Shown here one piece after another: positions 25,783-38,852 of a stretch of DNA of 64,000 bases (the first letter of the stretch is position 1; the number at the start of each line of letters is the position of its first letter). This DNA comes from Mobula hypostoma (taxonomy: Eukaryota): assembly GCF_963921235.1 (NCBI RefSeq), contig NC_086107.1, positions 110,796,001-110,860,000 of the forward strand. Direction: 5' to 3'. Both the position numbers and the translations under genes were made by a program. The notes beneath the pieces are model-generated. The model ran no database searches. It had not been told where the DNA came from and saw only the letters and a program-made list of their open reading frames with translations.

Positions 25783-25815
25783 AGTGCAAAGTGATTGGAG
25801 TGAACATAGAATTGC

Positions 25816-26293
25816 CAAGCAACACACATCAAAGTTGCTGGTGAACGCAGCAGGCCAGGCAGCATCTCTCGGAAGAGGTACAGTCGACGTTTCGGGCCGA
25901 GACCCTTTGTCAGGACTAACTGAAGGAAGAGCTAGTAAGAGATTTGGAAGTGGGAGTGGGAGGGGGAGATCCAAAATGATAGGAGAAGACAGGAGGGGGA
26001 GGGATGGAGCCAAGAGCTGGACAGGTGATTGGCAAAAGGGATGTGAGAGGATCATGGGACAGGAGGCCCAGGGAGAAGCAAAAGGGGGAGGGGGGGAAAC
26101 CCAGAGGATGGGCAAGGGGTATAGTCAGAGGGACAGAGGGAGAAAAAGGAGAGAGAGAGAAAGAATGTGTGTATAAAAATAAATAACGGATGGGGTACGA
26201 GGGGGAGGTGGGGCATTAGCGGAAGTTAGAGACTCACCAGCAACTTTGATGTGTGTTGCTTGAATTTCCAGCATCTGCAGAATTCCTGTTGTT
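25816..26293 (-). mobile_element. Short PLE insertion with inverted terminal segment
   Basis: PLE 3' UTR and terminus on minus strand plus an inverted copy of the terminus at 26233-26293; TSD atagaattgc at 25806-25815 and 26294-26303. Confidence 0.85.
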
Positions 26294-26716
26294 ATAGAAT
26301 TGCTAAACTGTCGTGATGAGTATTTTTCTGGTTGGTTTAGAAACAAAATGGTTGAAGGGAAGTAACTGCTCTTGAACCTGATGGTGTGTGACTTCAGGCT
26401 TCTGTACCTCCTGTCTGATGGGAGCTGTGATATGGGATTGTCTGGTTTGTGTGAGTATTTGAAGGACGGTGGGAGTGTGTCAACATTTGGAGTTCCCTGC
26501 TGTAAATATTTGAGAGGATTCAGAAAGTGTTAATATTGGTGTTTGGGGAAGTTGAGCATGTTTTTTGGGTTTCTGAAATATGACTTTATCTGCTGGATTT
26601 CTAGAGTGTATCAAGTTTGGAAATTAACAAGTCATTAGTAATTGAGAGTCTCTGGGAGTGTCTGTATTTGAGATAGTTTTATGGGACAGACTTGGGATGT
26701 TTCTATATTGAGACTC

Positions 26717-27408
26717 TCAGAATCAGGTTTAATATCACCTGCATTAGTTGTGGAACTTGTTAACTTTACAGCAGCAGTACGATGCAATACATGATAAAAT
26801 AGAAAAAAAAAGAATTACATTAATTATATATATGTATATTAGATAGTTATATTAAAAAAAATTAAGAAGTAGTTAGTAGTGTTCAACGTCCATTGAGAGA
26901 TCTGACGGCCGAGGGGCAGAAGCTGTTCCTGATTCATTGAGTGTGTACCTCCTTCCCGATGGTAGCAATGAGAACAGGGGGTGTCCTGGGTGATGGGGGT
27001 CCGTAATGATGGTTGCTGCCTTTCTGAGGCATCGCTCCTTGAAGATGTTTTGGATAGTAAGGAGGCTGGTACCCATAATGGAGTTGACTAATTTTACCAG
27101 ACTCTGCAGTTGACTTTGATCCTGTGCAGTAGACCCCCAAACCCCCCATATCCATATGGTGATACAGCCAGTCAGAATCCTCTCCATGGTACATCTGTAG
27201 ATGTTTTTGAGGATTTTAGGTGACAAACCAAATCTCCTCGAACTCCAAATGAAATATAGCCACTGTCTTGCCTTCTTTATAGCTGCATCAACATGTTGGG
27301 TCCAGGGTAGATCCTCAGAGCTATTGACACCCAGGGACTTGAAGTATCTCACTCTCTCCACTTCTGACCCTTCTATGAGGATTGGTTTATGTTCCCTCAC
27401 CTTACCCT
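26717..27408 (-). mobile_element. Rex1/Babar-type LINE 3' fragment
   Basis: EVERVRYFKSLGV..EDLPWTQHVDAAIKKARQWLYFI...YRCTMERILTGCITIW...DPHHPGHPLFSLLPSGRRY. Confidence 0.9.
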
Positions 27409-28251
27409 AAGGAGGAGTCTCACCTCATGTTCTTGCCCACCCATCACCTCCCTCTGGTGCTCCTTCCTCATTTTTCATTCTTCCATGGCCTCTGTCTCTC
27501 TCAGCAATCATCTCCCTAGCTCTTTACGATTTCAATGTATGGGGAGGGGAGCAGAAGTGACAACACTATTGGTTCTATCTGAGGTATCATAATAGCCTTT
27601 TCTTTTTCTTTTCCTTGTTTTCTTTTAGTTTGGGTAGGTTAGTTTTTTTCTAAGGGGATATATTTTTTTTCTTTTTCTGTTTTTTTTACGATATTTTTGT
27701 ATTTTGTGTATACCCTTTATATATTTTATTGTTAATTGGTGAGATTTTGGGAGGTTTACTAACTATGTGTTACTTGACTATACTTTTATAATATAATTAT
27801 TATTAATTAATACAATCCCAATTGCTCTGTACTTATTTTTTGTAATGTGTATGATGTTGAAACTAATAAAAAGATTGGAAAAGAAAAAAGTTCTTTACTT
27901 CATCCATCCCTCCCGGTTTCATCGATCACCCTGATGCTTGTCTCTCCCCTGACCCCACCTTTTAAATTTACTCCTCAGCTTTTTTTCCTCCAGCCCTTCC
28001 GAAGGGTCTCGGCCCGAAATGTCGACTGTACTTTTTTCCGTAGATGCCGCCTGGCTTGCTGAGTTCCTCCAGCATTTCGTGTGTGTTGCTTGGGATTTTC
28101 AATGTCTTGCTTTGTTGTTGGCCTTTGGGGGTTATTGCTTCGTTTGGACACTGGAGGCTGTCTGAATGGTCCTGAATTCCCACATGCTCCAGGGTGTATT
28201 TGGGGGGGGCAGGGTTAGGGTGGGGGGGCTTGCCAACCCCCCTTTGCTTGG

Positions 28252-28458
28252 AAACACGAGGAATTCTGCAGATGCTGGAAATTCAAGCAGCACACATCAA
28301 AGTTGCTGGTGAACGCAGCAGGCCAGGCAGCATCTCCAGGAAGAGGTACAGTCAACGTTTCAGGCCGAGACCCTTCGTCAGGACTAACGTTGACTGTACC
28401 TCTTCCTAGAGATGCTGCCTGGCCTGCTGGGTTCACCAGCAACTTTGATGTGTGTTGC
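28252..28458. mobile_element. Fold-back PLE-derived element
   Basis: Two PLE terminal arms in inverted orientation; flanking direct repeat ctttgcttgg at 28242-28251 and 28465-28474. Confidence 0.85.
28349..28386 (-). ncRNA. Minimal type-I hammerhead ribozyme motif (GUU site)
   Basis: UAGUC-CUGACGA-AGGGUCUCGGCCU-GAAA-CGUU-GACUG. Confidence 0.7.
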
Positions 28459-30254
28459 TCCCCTCTTTGCTTGGTTGTTGTGGATCCTTGTCTGGTGAAA
28501 CTTAGTCCAAGTTCTTCTGTGTATCATAAGTGATTTCAGTTCTTCATGATTCTGTATCGTTTGCCTGAGTTCTCATTAGTTTGCTGGTTAAATTCTGTAA
28601 TAAATCTTGTGTGTTGTTTGAATTGCCAGAGTCTCTGGGATTCCTGCATTTGACTCTGCGAGTGACCCTGACAGTCGGTCACTGACGCAAATGGCACATT
28701 TCACTGGATGTTTCGGTGTTTCACTATACAATGTGACAAATAAAGTCTTTTAAGAGACTCTTAGATAGGTACATGGAGCTTAGAAAAATAGAGGGCTATG
28801 TGGTAGGGAAATTCTAGGTAGTTTGTAGAGTAGATTATGTGGTCGGCACAACATTGCGGGCCGAAGGGCCTGTAATGCGCTGTAGATTTCTATGTTTCTG
28901 TGTAAATAAAGCTAATCTTTGATCTTTCTTTACCTGCCCCTGATTTACCTGCCAGTTTGTACTTCTCCTCTCCCCCATCATCTTCCTATTCTGCCCCCTC
29001 CTTCGCCAGTCCTGATGAAGGGTCTCGGCTTGAAATGTTGGACTGTTTATTCCCCTCCATAGATGCTGCCTGACCTGCTGCGCTCCTCCACAACTCTCTG
29101 CAGCCCCTAACATTCCTGCAGGTTCGAATCTCCGTACCAGACCACGATGCAACCAGTCAGGATGCATCCATTTGCTACACTCGTACCGCAGCGACCATGG
29201 GAATGAGGAAAAGAATTATGGATAAAGGTGTCACTGAAACACAGTAACAAATAACAAAGCAGTTCATGCCAGCTCGTCATAATAAACATCAATGGTTTGG
29301 ATCAGGGAACTGAATGTAATATTTCTAAGGTTGCCAAGGACATAACACTGGCTGTAAGAGTGAGTTATATGGAGGATGTGATGAGGTTTCAAGGTGATTG
29401 GAACAAGTTGAGCAAGCAGGAAGATGTGCTAGATGCAGAATAATGAGGATAAATGTAGCGTTATCCACCACTGGGAACAAAAAAACTACAAGTTAGAATG
29501 TTAAGTGGTGATTTATTGAGAAATGTTTTGGTTCAATGGGAGCTGGTTGGCCTTGTGCGCCAAACACAACAACCTCTCGCTCAAGGTCTGCAAAAGCAAA
29601 GAGATGATTGTTGACTACAAGCGGTCCGTGAGCCCGTTCTCATTAGGGATAGGAGGTGGAGAGGGTCAGGAACTTGAAATGATCGTATCAGAGGGTCTGT
29701 CCTGGGATCAGCACATGACGGCGACCACAGAACAGGCACGGGGGCACGTTCATCGCACAGTTTTCACAGGTTTTTTTTGCACAGTTCGTCTTTTGCACAT
29801 TGGTTGCTTGTCAGTCTTTGTGTGTAGTTTTCCATTCATTTCTTTCTTCGACTGAGATTGCTCGCAAGCAATGCGGCATGCTGGGCGGCCCGCTATTAGA
29901 GCACCAGTGACATTTTTTTTTCATCACGTGCAATCGTGAACAATAGCCAGATCAGAAGTGCTGATCCAGTCAACCAGCTCCCAAAGAGAATTCTGACAGG
30001 CCAATCAGACGGTTCACTGCCACTCAGCGGTAACAGGCACAAGGGTCGCTAGCCCCTGTACCCCAGAAACACACCTGAGCGGTGTGGCGGAGGTACGTGC
30101 TATGCATGACCTGATCTGAAAGCATCATGTTGACTCATAACAGATCATGTTCACGGTGGGACAGCTTAGTCAAGGATGGGGTGATCAGCACAGATGGACA
30201 AATTATACCTCCACTACCCCTTGAGTTTGATTCCCACTGATGTCTGGGAGGAAT

Positions 30255-30845
30255 TTATAGGAAGAGGTACAGTCGACGTTTCAGGCCGAGACCCTTCATC
30301 AGGACTAACTGAAAGAAGAGATAATAAGAGATTTGAAAGCGGGAGGGGGAGGGGGAGATCCGAAATGATAGGAGAAGGCAGGAGGGGGAGGGATGGAGGT
30401 AGGAGCTGGAAAGTTGATTGGCAAAAGGGATACGAGGCTGGAGAAGGGAGAGGATCATGGGATTCTGCCAGAGAAAGCAGGATCTCCCAGTGGCCACACA
30501 TTTTAATTCCACGTCACATTCCCATGCTGATAGGTCTATCCACGGCCTCCTCTTCTGTCAAGATGAAGCCACACTCAGGTTGGAGGAACAACACCTTATA
30601 TTCCGTCTGGGTAGCCTCCAACCTGATGGCATGAACATTGACTTCTCAAACTTCCGCTAATGCCCCACCTCCCCCTCGTACCCCATCCATTATCTATCTA
30701 TCTATCTACCTATCTATCTATTTATTTATTTATTTTTCCCTTTTTCTCTCTCTTTTTTCTCCCTCTGTCCCTCTCACTATAACTCCTTGCTCATGCTCTG
30801 GGCTCCCCCCCCCATTTCTCCCTAGGCCTCCCATCCCACGATCCT
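30255..30845 (+). mobile_element. PLE: inverted terminal segment plus GIY-YIG C-terminus and 3' UTR
   Basis: LPVATHFNSTSHSHADRSIHGLLFCQDEATLRLEEQHLIFRLGSLQPDGMNIDFSNFR; inverted UTR piece at 30255-30460. Confidence 0.88.
30270..30307 (-). ncRNA. Minimal type-I hammerhead ribozyme motif (GUC site), intact core
   Basis: UAGUC-CUGAUGA-AGGGUCUCGGCCU-GAAA-CGUC-GACUG. Confidence 0.8.
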
Positions 30846-31172
30846 AAGTTCCAGTGAGTACAGGCCCAAAGCTGCCAAATGCTCCCTTTGTGTCAACCCC
30901 TTCATTCCCAGAATCATCCTCGTGAACCTCCTCTGGACTCTCTCCAATGACAACGCAACGCATCGTTTCTGAAATATGGGGCCCAAAACTGTTGACAATA
31001 CTCTAAGTGCGGCCTGACTGGCGTCCTATAAAGGCTCAGCATTATCTTCTTGTTTTTATATTCTAATCCCTTGAAATTAATGCCAACATTGCATTTGCCT
31101 TCTTCACCACAGACCCAATCTGTAAATTAACCTTCTGGGAGTCTTGCACGAGGACTCCTAAGTCCGTCTGCA
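30846..31172 (-). mobile_element. CR1 LINE ORF2 fragment
   Basis: Reverse strand encodes VRPHLEYCQQFWAPYFR and LERVQRRFTRMI. Confidence 0.8.
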
Positions 31173-32049
31173 CAACCTCAGACGGTCTTGGTTGTTGACA
31201 CAAGTTACACACTTCACTGTATAGTTTGATGTTTCTGTGTGCATGTGATAAATACAGCTAATCTTAAATCTCTCTCATTATTGCTTTCTTAAAGTAGCAC
31301 CTCAGATGGGATAGTATTGATGTATTGGGCTGCGTCTAGCATTCTCTACAACATAAGGACAAGAGATTCTGTAGATGCTGGAAATCCAGAGTAACGCACA
31401 CAACATTATGGAGGAACTCAGCAGGTCAGGCAGCACCTATGGAGAGGAACAAACAGTCGATGTTTTGGGCCGAGACCTAATTCTGGTTCAGGTCCTGCCC
31501 TCAGCTCGGCCTCTTCAGTTATACCCTTTCCAGCGGCTCTCTGAGTGGGTGCTTCATAGATTCAAGATTGTTTAATGGCATTTCCAGTACATAAGTGTAA
31601 AGGAGAACAAAATAATTGTTGCTCCAGTTCTGATACAGAGCAAAAAGGAAACTCAGTAAAATAAGGAACACGATAAATATAAATACATAAGAGAGCTTAT
31701 ATACATAACTGATCATATAACCATGAAGTGACGTTAGGTACAGGAGTGCCTGTACATATGGTGACTGACAGGAAGTGATAAAGTTGTGTTGGTGGAGGTG
31801 TTGATCAGCCTTACTGCTTGGGGAAAGGAACCGTTTTTGAGTCTGATGGTTCTAGCCTCCTCCCTGATGGGTGTAAGTGTAGTACTGAATCAAGGTGACG
31901 AGTGAGAGGGAAATTTCTTGCCTGTGAGTGTTGAATAGGTTGACCTCCATTGGAACAATGACCTCAGGAACGAATGGTTGTCAGCAGTGACCTCCGGTAC
32001 ATAGGGCAGGCCAGCCAAAGACGTCAATTTGAGAAGTTTCTTTACCTCA

Positions 32050-32520
32050 GTGACATATACTTTATACTTAATTGTCACCAAACAATTGATACTAGAATAT
32101 ACAGTCATCACAGCGATATTTGATTCTGCGCTTCCCGCTCCCTGGATTACAAATATTAAATATTAAAAATAGTAAAAATTAGTAAATATTAAAAATTTAA
32201 ATTATAACTCATAAATAGAAAAATGGGAAGTAAGGTAGTGCAAAAAAACTGAGAGGCAGGTCTGGATATTTGGAGGGTACGGCCCAGATCCGAGTCAGGA
32301 TCCGTTCAGCAGTCTTATCACAGTTGGAAAGAAGCTGTTCCCAAATCGAGCCTTCTCCGGGAGGAAAGAGGGATGAAAAGTGTGTTGGCTGGATGGGTCG
32401 TGTCCTTGATTATCCTGGCAGCACTGCTCCGACAGCCTGCGGTGTAAAGTGAGTCCACGGATGGAAGATTGGTTTGTGTGATGTGCTGCGCCGTGTTCAC
32501 GATCTTCTGCAGCTTCTTAT
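32050..32520 (-). mobile_element. Rex1/Babar-type LINE 3' fragment
   Basis: TAQHITQTNLPSVDSLYTAGCRSSAARIIKDTTHPANTLF. Confidence 0.8.
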
Positions 32521-33621
32521 GGATTATAAGAGTAACAAGCAGTGACGTTCACAAGAGATTCTGCAGATGCGGGCAGTTCAGAGTAGCACACACAACATGC
32601 AGGAGAAACTCAACAGGTCAGGCAGCAACTCAGAGGCTGGAATATTCCTCTCCATAGACCTGCTGAGTTCCTCCAGCATTTTGTGCGTGTTGTTCAGTGG
32701 GTCTATCAGCCTTAGGAAGAACATTCTGGAGACAGCAAACAGCTTAATTAAAAAAGTAATTCCAGATTAAGCCCGTCTCAAAAACTAATTTATTTTAATT
32801 TCCCCAGAAATATCCTAGAACCCTGCAGAGATTAAATACTGAACCTTATGTGTGCTGCTGTAGCCCATCCAATTCAAGGTTCGACACCGCTGTTATAACG
32901 TGCCTGAGTTACTGTCGCCTTCCTGTCACATTCAACCAGTTTAACCATCTCCTCTCACCTCTCTCATTGTTGTTGTCATTCCTCTCCGCGCATTCACAGG
33001 TTCAAAGGTTCGAAAGTTAATTTTATATAAGGGTTTCTTCTTTTATGTTACTGTTAAGGTGAATAAAATGGCTTCTCTGTACTGTTAACTGCTGAGACAG
33101 TGGTTCTCTATAGCAGTATGTTTGGATTATAATTAGTGATAATGGGACTTGCATTCACTTGCTAACCAATTGGGATAGATGTTATTCTTTCTGTCTGTGT
33201 GAAAGCTGTTGGTTTGCACGGGCTTTGAGAAGAAGGCATGTGGAGGATGAAGAGAGAAGATGTGGCTTGAGGAGATGGTTGCCGGACTCGCTGGGCCTGG
33301 GCTCGGGGCAGCGGCCCAGGGGTTGACGACGAGAAAAGGGGGATCAGCGAAAGGGAATCCGTGAGCTCCAACGTTTGTGCACTGGACATGTTGATGAGAT
33401 TATTGGCGCCTTTTATTTGTTTTCCTTTTCTTTTGTTTCTCTACTAACCCCATACTTAAATATAAAATCTTAATCGTTTAACCGCACATTGTGGACTGAA
33501 TGTTATTTCAGCGTACTGATGTTACACAGGGGACACAACATGCAGCATCCACCCAAACAAGAGTGCTAAAATTTGGTCGGGGAGCGGGCGTCACCCCCGA
33601 GATCATGCCACTAGATGCAAT

Positions 33622-34735
33622 GAGTCTTAAATTTATTATCAAAGTATGTATGCAGAATACAACTCTGAGATTCGACTTCTCCAGATAGCCACAAAATACA
33701 GAAAAACCTGTTGAAAGATATCAACCGGCGCCCCCCCCACACGAAAAAGAAAAAGAAACAAAACTCGCAAACCCCCCAAACCCCCCCTTGCACAAAGCTA
33801 ACAGATTGCCCACCCAGACATGGCAGCTAAAACATCAAACCCCTAACCCCCAAGCCCCGCTCATGCAAGAGAAACAGTGACAATATAATCAAACCCCACA
33901 ACCTCTCTCACACACACAAAAAACTAACAGATTACTCACATGAAAAAACACCAAGAACATCAGACCTCAAATCCCCAACCCCTCCCTTGCCCAAAAAAAG
34001 TAACATATCGCCCACCCGCCAATTGGCAATAAGAAGAAAACAGTGAAAAACTTACGGAGACCAATATCAAATACAGTCCACACCAATAATCACATAGATC
34101 TCGGAATTTCAAAAACATCCAACATCAGTAACATCGAGGAGAGCAACAGATTGACCTCAGTCCTTCCAGGGGGATTGACTGCTGACCCACAGCCTTCTTC
34201 CTCTGACCCGCGGCTGCTCGACCTCTGGCCTGACCCGCGAAGAGTGACTAACGACGCGCGACCTTCATCCACTGACCCCTGACCTCTCGACCTCTGGCCT
34301 AACCTATGGAGAGCCACTGGCAACCTGACCCCTGGCCCAACATGGCTTCTTGACCTCCAGCCTGACATGGCCTCTCGGCCCCCAGTTCAACCCATGAAGA
34401 GTGATTGGACAGACCGGCACCCTCCACATTCGCCTCCATGTTTCAATCTTCCTCGACGCTTCGAAGTGCGAGAAATTGAGTCGATCATAGCCCTGCACCT
34501 TGTCTCTGGTCTCTTGTTCGGGACAACCATGCACGTGGCCCTCTCCTGGAAATTTCTTTGGGACAACAGAGTTCTAAATCACTCGACTGGACTCCAAACT
34601 ATAAGTCACGGTCTCCAGTAGTTTCTGAAAAACAATTAAGATAAAAAGAATAAGTTAAAGGCATTTAAAAAGTGAAATAATGGAATAATCTGGAAGATGT
34701 CACCCAAGGAATCATTGCTTTTTTTATGGGGCCAA
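33622..34735 (-). mobile_element. Non-coding non-autonomous retroelement
   Basis: 5' motif gacatcttccagat shared with 38033-38046; 3' end gtggctatctggagaag...tactttgataataaat resembles 3440-3510. Confidence 0.55.
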
Positions 34736-34839
34736 GTAGCTAACTTGAAGCTCAACCCAGAATGGATGGAAATTGAGCAAGGAGCCAGCTGGATTTGCCT
34801 CGAAGTCCAGTGCGGATGCCACTACACCACCAGCTGGCT

Positions 34840-35145
34840 ACCCCTCTCATGAACAAGGAATTTTCACCCACTGAACTGCTGCTCACTTTTTAAAAAGTTT
34901 TTTGCACCATTCTCTGTAAACTCTAGAGACTGCTGTGCATGAAAAACCCAGGAGATCAGCAGTTTCTGAGATACTCAAACCACCCCATCTGGCACCAACA
35001 ATCAAAGTCACTTAGATCACACTTCTTCCCCATTCTGATGTTTGGTCTGGATGACAACTGAACCTCTTGACCATGCATGCATGCTTTTATCCATTGAGTT
35101 GCTGTCACATGATTGGCTGCTTAGATATTTGCATTAACGTGCAGC
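34840..35145 (-). mobile_element. Tc1/mariner transposon fragment (transposase N-terminus)
   Basis: Reverse strand gives MGKKCDLSDF..VGARWGGLSISETADLLGFS; homologous to 50570-50945. Confidence 0.8.
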
Positions 35146-35469
35146 AGTACATCAGACACACTGTTGTTGTTTCTCGTTTCTCTGGCTTCTATCGTCACCC
35201 CCTTGGATACATAGACATAAAATGTTCAGTACAGTTCTCAACTTAAGATGTTGCCAGAACTTGAGGGACTGAGATATAGGGAGAGTTTGGATAGGCTAGG
35301 ACTTATTTCCATGGAAACTGAGGGGTGATCTTATAGAGGTATACAAAATCATGACCGGCATAGAAACGGTGAATACGCACTGTTTCCCAGGTTTGTGGAT
35401 TCATACATTAATTTAAGGTGAGGGGAAAGATTGAATCAGAATCTGAGGGGCAACTTTTTTACACTGTAC

Positions 35470-35997
35470 AGTATTGTGCAAAGGTCTTAGGTACATATAT
35501 ATGTATAGCTATATATGCAGTAGCACAGAGTACCAGAGTAATTTTATGTATTGCATTGTACTGCCACCAGAAAAAGAAACAAATTTCCTGACAGATGTGC
35601 GTGATGATAAACCTGATTCTGATATGGGTCTCTTGTTGTGGACTGAGAGTGGGAAGGGGGCAGGGAGAGGGGAATCATGGTTCGGAAAAGGAGAAGGGAG
35701 CAGGAAGCACCAGAGAGAGATTCTGTAATGATCAATAAACCAATTGTTTGGAATCAAATGACCTTGCCTGGTGTATCAGGGCTGGGTGTGCCTGCACCCG
35801 CTCTACATCCCTGCGCCTGACACTCCTTTCCTGTCACCTGTCCCACACCGCACCCTGCGGTGCTCCACCCTCGCCGTTCACAGCAGCCTTTGCTCCCGCC
35901 AGATTTACAATGCTTCACATCGACAAATACAGTACTGTGCAAAAAGTCTTAAGCACCCTAGCTATATATATGTGCCCAAGACTTTTGCGCAGTACTG
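35470..35997. mobile_element. Tc1-like MITE with palindromic right end
   Basis: After TA: cagtattgtgcaaaggtcttagg ... ccaagacttttgcgcagtactg; internal terminal copy at 35930. Confidence 0.7.
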
Positions 35998-36024
35998 AAT
36001 GAGATGAAATAGTTGAGGCAGGTT

Positions 36025-36340
36025 CGTTAGTTAGTTGTGTGTTGTGTCATTGACATGGGAGATCAGATCATTTCCATGACTGTGATTGTTTTTGGCAAAT
36101 TTTTCTACAGAAATGGTTTGCCATTGCCTTCTTCTGGTCAGTGTCTTTACAAGAACCAGGACTTGTGATACGCAGCAGTTGTTCATACGACCGTCCACCC
36201 CCTGCTCCTGTGGCTTCACGTGACCCTGATCGGGGGGCTAAGCAGGTGCTACACCTTGTCCAAAAGTGATCTGCAGGCTAGCGGAGAGGAGGAGTGCCTT
36301 ACACCTCCTTTGGAGGAGACATATCTCCATCCCACCATCC
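36025..36340 (-). mobile_element. RTE-related short non-autonomous element
   Basis: Reverse strand contains gaaggcaatggcaaacca, typical of BovB/RTE-related elements. Confidence 0.55.
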
Positions 36341-36359
36341 TAGGCAGGTAGACCTATTT

Positions 36360-36830
36360 TTGAACAGTTATATGGACAGAAGAGATTTAGAAGGACATGG
36401 GCAAATCCCGGCCAGATGGGGCTTGCTTGGATGGTGACAGTGGTTGGACAGGCTTGGATTTTATTCCCTGGGGTGTCAGAGACTGAGTGGTAATCGTATA
36501 GAGGCATATGAGGGCCATGAAGAGGGCAAATGCACTCTGTGTTTTTCTCAGGATTGGAGAAACAGGTACCAGAGAACATGGTTTAAGGTTGGATGGGAGC
36601 GATTTAATCAGAACTTGAGAGGCTATTTTTCTTTTACAAAAGGAGTGGAGTTTGTTATGGAATGAGTTGCCAGAGGAGGTGGTTGGGGCAGGTATACTAA
36701 CAACATTTAAAAGACATCTGGACAGATGCATGGGTTGGAAAGGTTTAGAAGGTTACAGGTTAAATGGGACTAACTAGAATGGGTCTTGGTCAGCATGGAG
36801 CAATTGGGCCGAAGCATGTTGTATGACTCT
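36360..36830 (+). mobile_element. CR1 LINE 3' fragments
   Basis: LDRLGFYSL...WNELPEEVV...TFKRHLDR. Confidence 0.8.
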
Positions 36831-38162
36831 TATGAAGTCTAAAGGCCAACAATGCAACTGCAGGAGCTGGGTGCTCAACCCTTGGATCTGCTGCTCCATG
36901 CGGTACATTCATGACTGCTCCAGTACTGGTTCCAGCAGCTCTTTCCCAAGGTTTTCCTCAAGCCCCTGGACTCCCTTTCCCTCATTCCTTGAACTCCTTC
37001 CCTCAGACACAGCCTCAGAATACAGCCTACAGAATCCCTTTAGAACGGAGGTGAGGAGGAATTTCTTTAGCTAGAAGGCGGCAAATCTGTGGAGTCCGTT
37101 GCCATGGACGGCTGTGAGGCCAAGTCATCGGGTATCTTTAAAACAGAGATTGACAGGCTCTTGATTAGTCAGGGCGTCAAAAGCTGTGAGGAGAAGGCAG
37201 GAGAATGGCATTGAGAGGGATAATAAATCAACCATGATGGAATGGCGGAGTAGACTCAATGGGTCAAATGTCCTATTTCTGCTCCTATATCTTATGGTCT
37301 TATGGTACACCTTCCCCTCTTTTTCCTGACTGCTTTTGCATCTGTTCCTCCAACACTTCATATACCTGTTGTCAGTCATTTCTCATTGTTGTTTTCTCAA
37401 ATACTTGGCAATTATTCTCACAGATACCTGTCATTACTCTTCGCTTCGAACTGGTGTTACCTGGTCTGTGACACCTGTCATCACTCATCCCAGTAGACAT
37501 TTTCATTACTTGTTGCTTGGGCACCTGCCATTTGCTCATTTTCCTTTGACATCCTGCACTTAATCACCCCTGCCCGGCGAATGACATTGGGTCGGAAAGC
37601 AGCCCAGTCAAGGTGACTGCAGGATTCATTTCAGGTCGATCTGTCAGCGGCCGCTGGCGACAGAGGCTTTGATCGGCTTGTCTGTGAGTGACGGATGGAT
37701 GGATGGTACGGGGCCATTGAGACTGCCTGCACACCGACGTCAGACAGTGACACGTTGTTCCAACTGCGGTTGTTGTTACCGGTTCCTCCGCCTCCTGGCC
37801 TCGCTCGTTTGTCAGACACCTGTCCAAGACAATTGTCCTCGGATACCTGTCGCTTCTGGCTTCTCATATACGTGACATCATTCAATCCTAGAACGCCAAT
37901 TGTCACCGACTCCTTCACACGTTCCTGGACACTTGTCCCTCACTCCTCATACATCCCTTCTTGAACACCTGTTCTCACTCAGGATGGATTCATCCGGTCC
38001 AGATGGCGCCAGACAGCAACGCTTCCTCAGTCGACATCTTCCAGATGGTCAACAAAACTGTTTATTTCTCTTCTTTGATGTCTTCTTTTTCATCTTAAAT
38101 GTGTTTCTGGGACTGTTAGAGCCTGCAACTTATAGCTTGCAGATCGATTGAGTGATCAATCC

Positions 38163-38852
38163 GGGAGGAGAAGATGGCGGCGCGACGCAGCACACGCGGC
38201 CTCTCTGGTGAAATGATATCGTATTTGTTAAATAGGGGCCGTGCACAATTCTGATTTGATGGAGACAGACGTGAGAAGCACGGAGGAACATCTGGAGAAA
38301 CTTCCGAAATGCCTGGTTCGCTACCGCTGCTACTGTGCGATCGAGAATCTCCAGAGCGAAGGCCCCAAATCCTCGGCTTTGCCTGTTACTGGTGGCCGGG
38401 GATGGGGTCGAAGTGCTCAGCAGAGATGGTGCTTGGTGTTCGGTGTTGGAGGGCTGGTTGGAGGCTTGAAGTTTTCGAATGACTCCGAGTCGGACTGTAG
38501 TCGGGTGCTTCCAGGGTGCTGCATCGGCAAGTTTGCGGCGCTGGAAGCTCATGGCAGGGAGAGCTTTCTTCCTTCTACCGTCTGTGTGAGGTGATTGGAC
38601 TTTTGAGAGACTTTGAACCTTTTTTACTGTGCCCATGGCCTGTTCTTCATCAAGTTACGGTATTGCTTGCACTGTTGTAACTATATGTTATAATTATGTG
38701 GTTTTTGTCAGTTTTTCAGTCTTGGTCTGTCTTGTGTTTCTGTGATATCACACCGGAGGAACATTGTTTCATTTCTTAATGCATGCATTACTAAATGACA
38801 ATAAAAGAGGACTGCGTGTCCTCATAATCTAATAATCTAATAGTCTAATCTA
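38163..38852 (+). mobile_element. Apparently full-length non-autonomous retroelement nested in another (about 37995-39505)
   Basis: Starts gggaggagaagatggcggcg (YY1-like AAGATGGCG), ends with (TAATC)n; same family as 1975-2477. Confidence 0.75.

Noticed and set aside
33030..33600. Possible LTR
   Set aside because: Composition is LTR-like, but I could not define TG...CA ends or a TSD.
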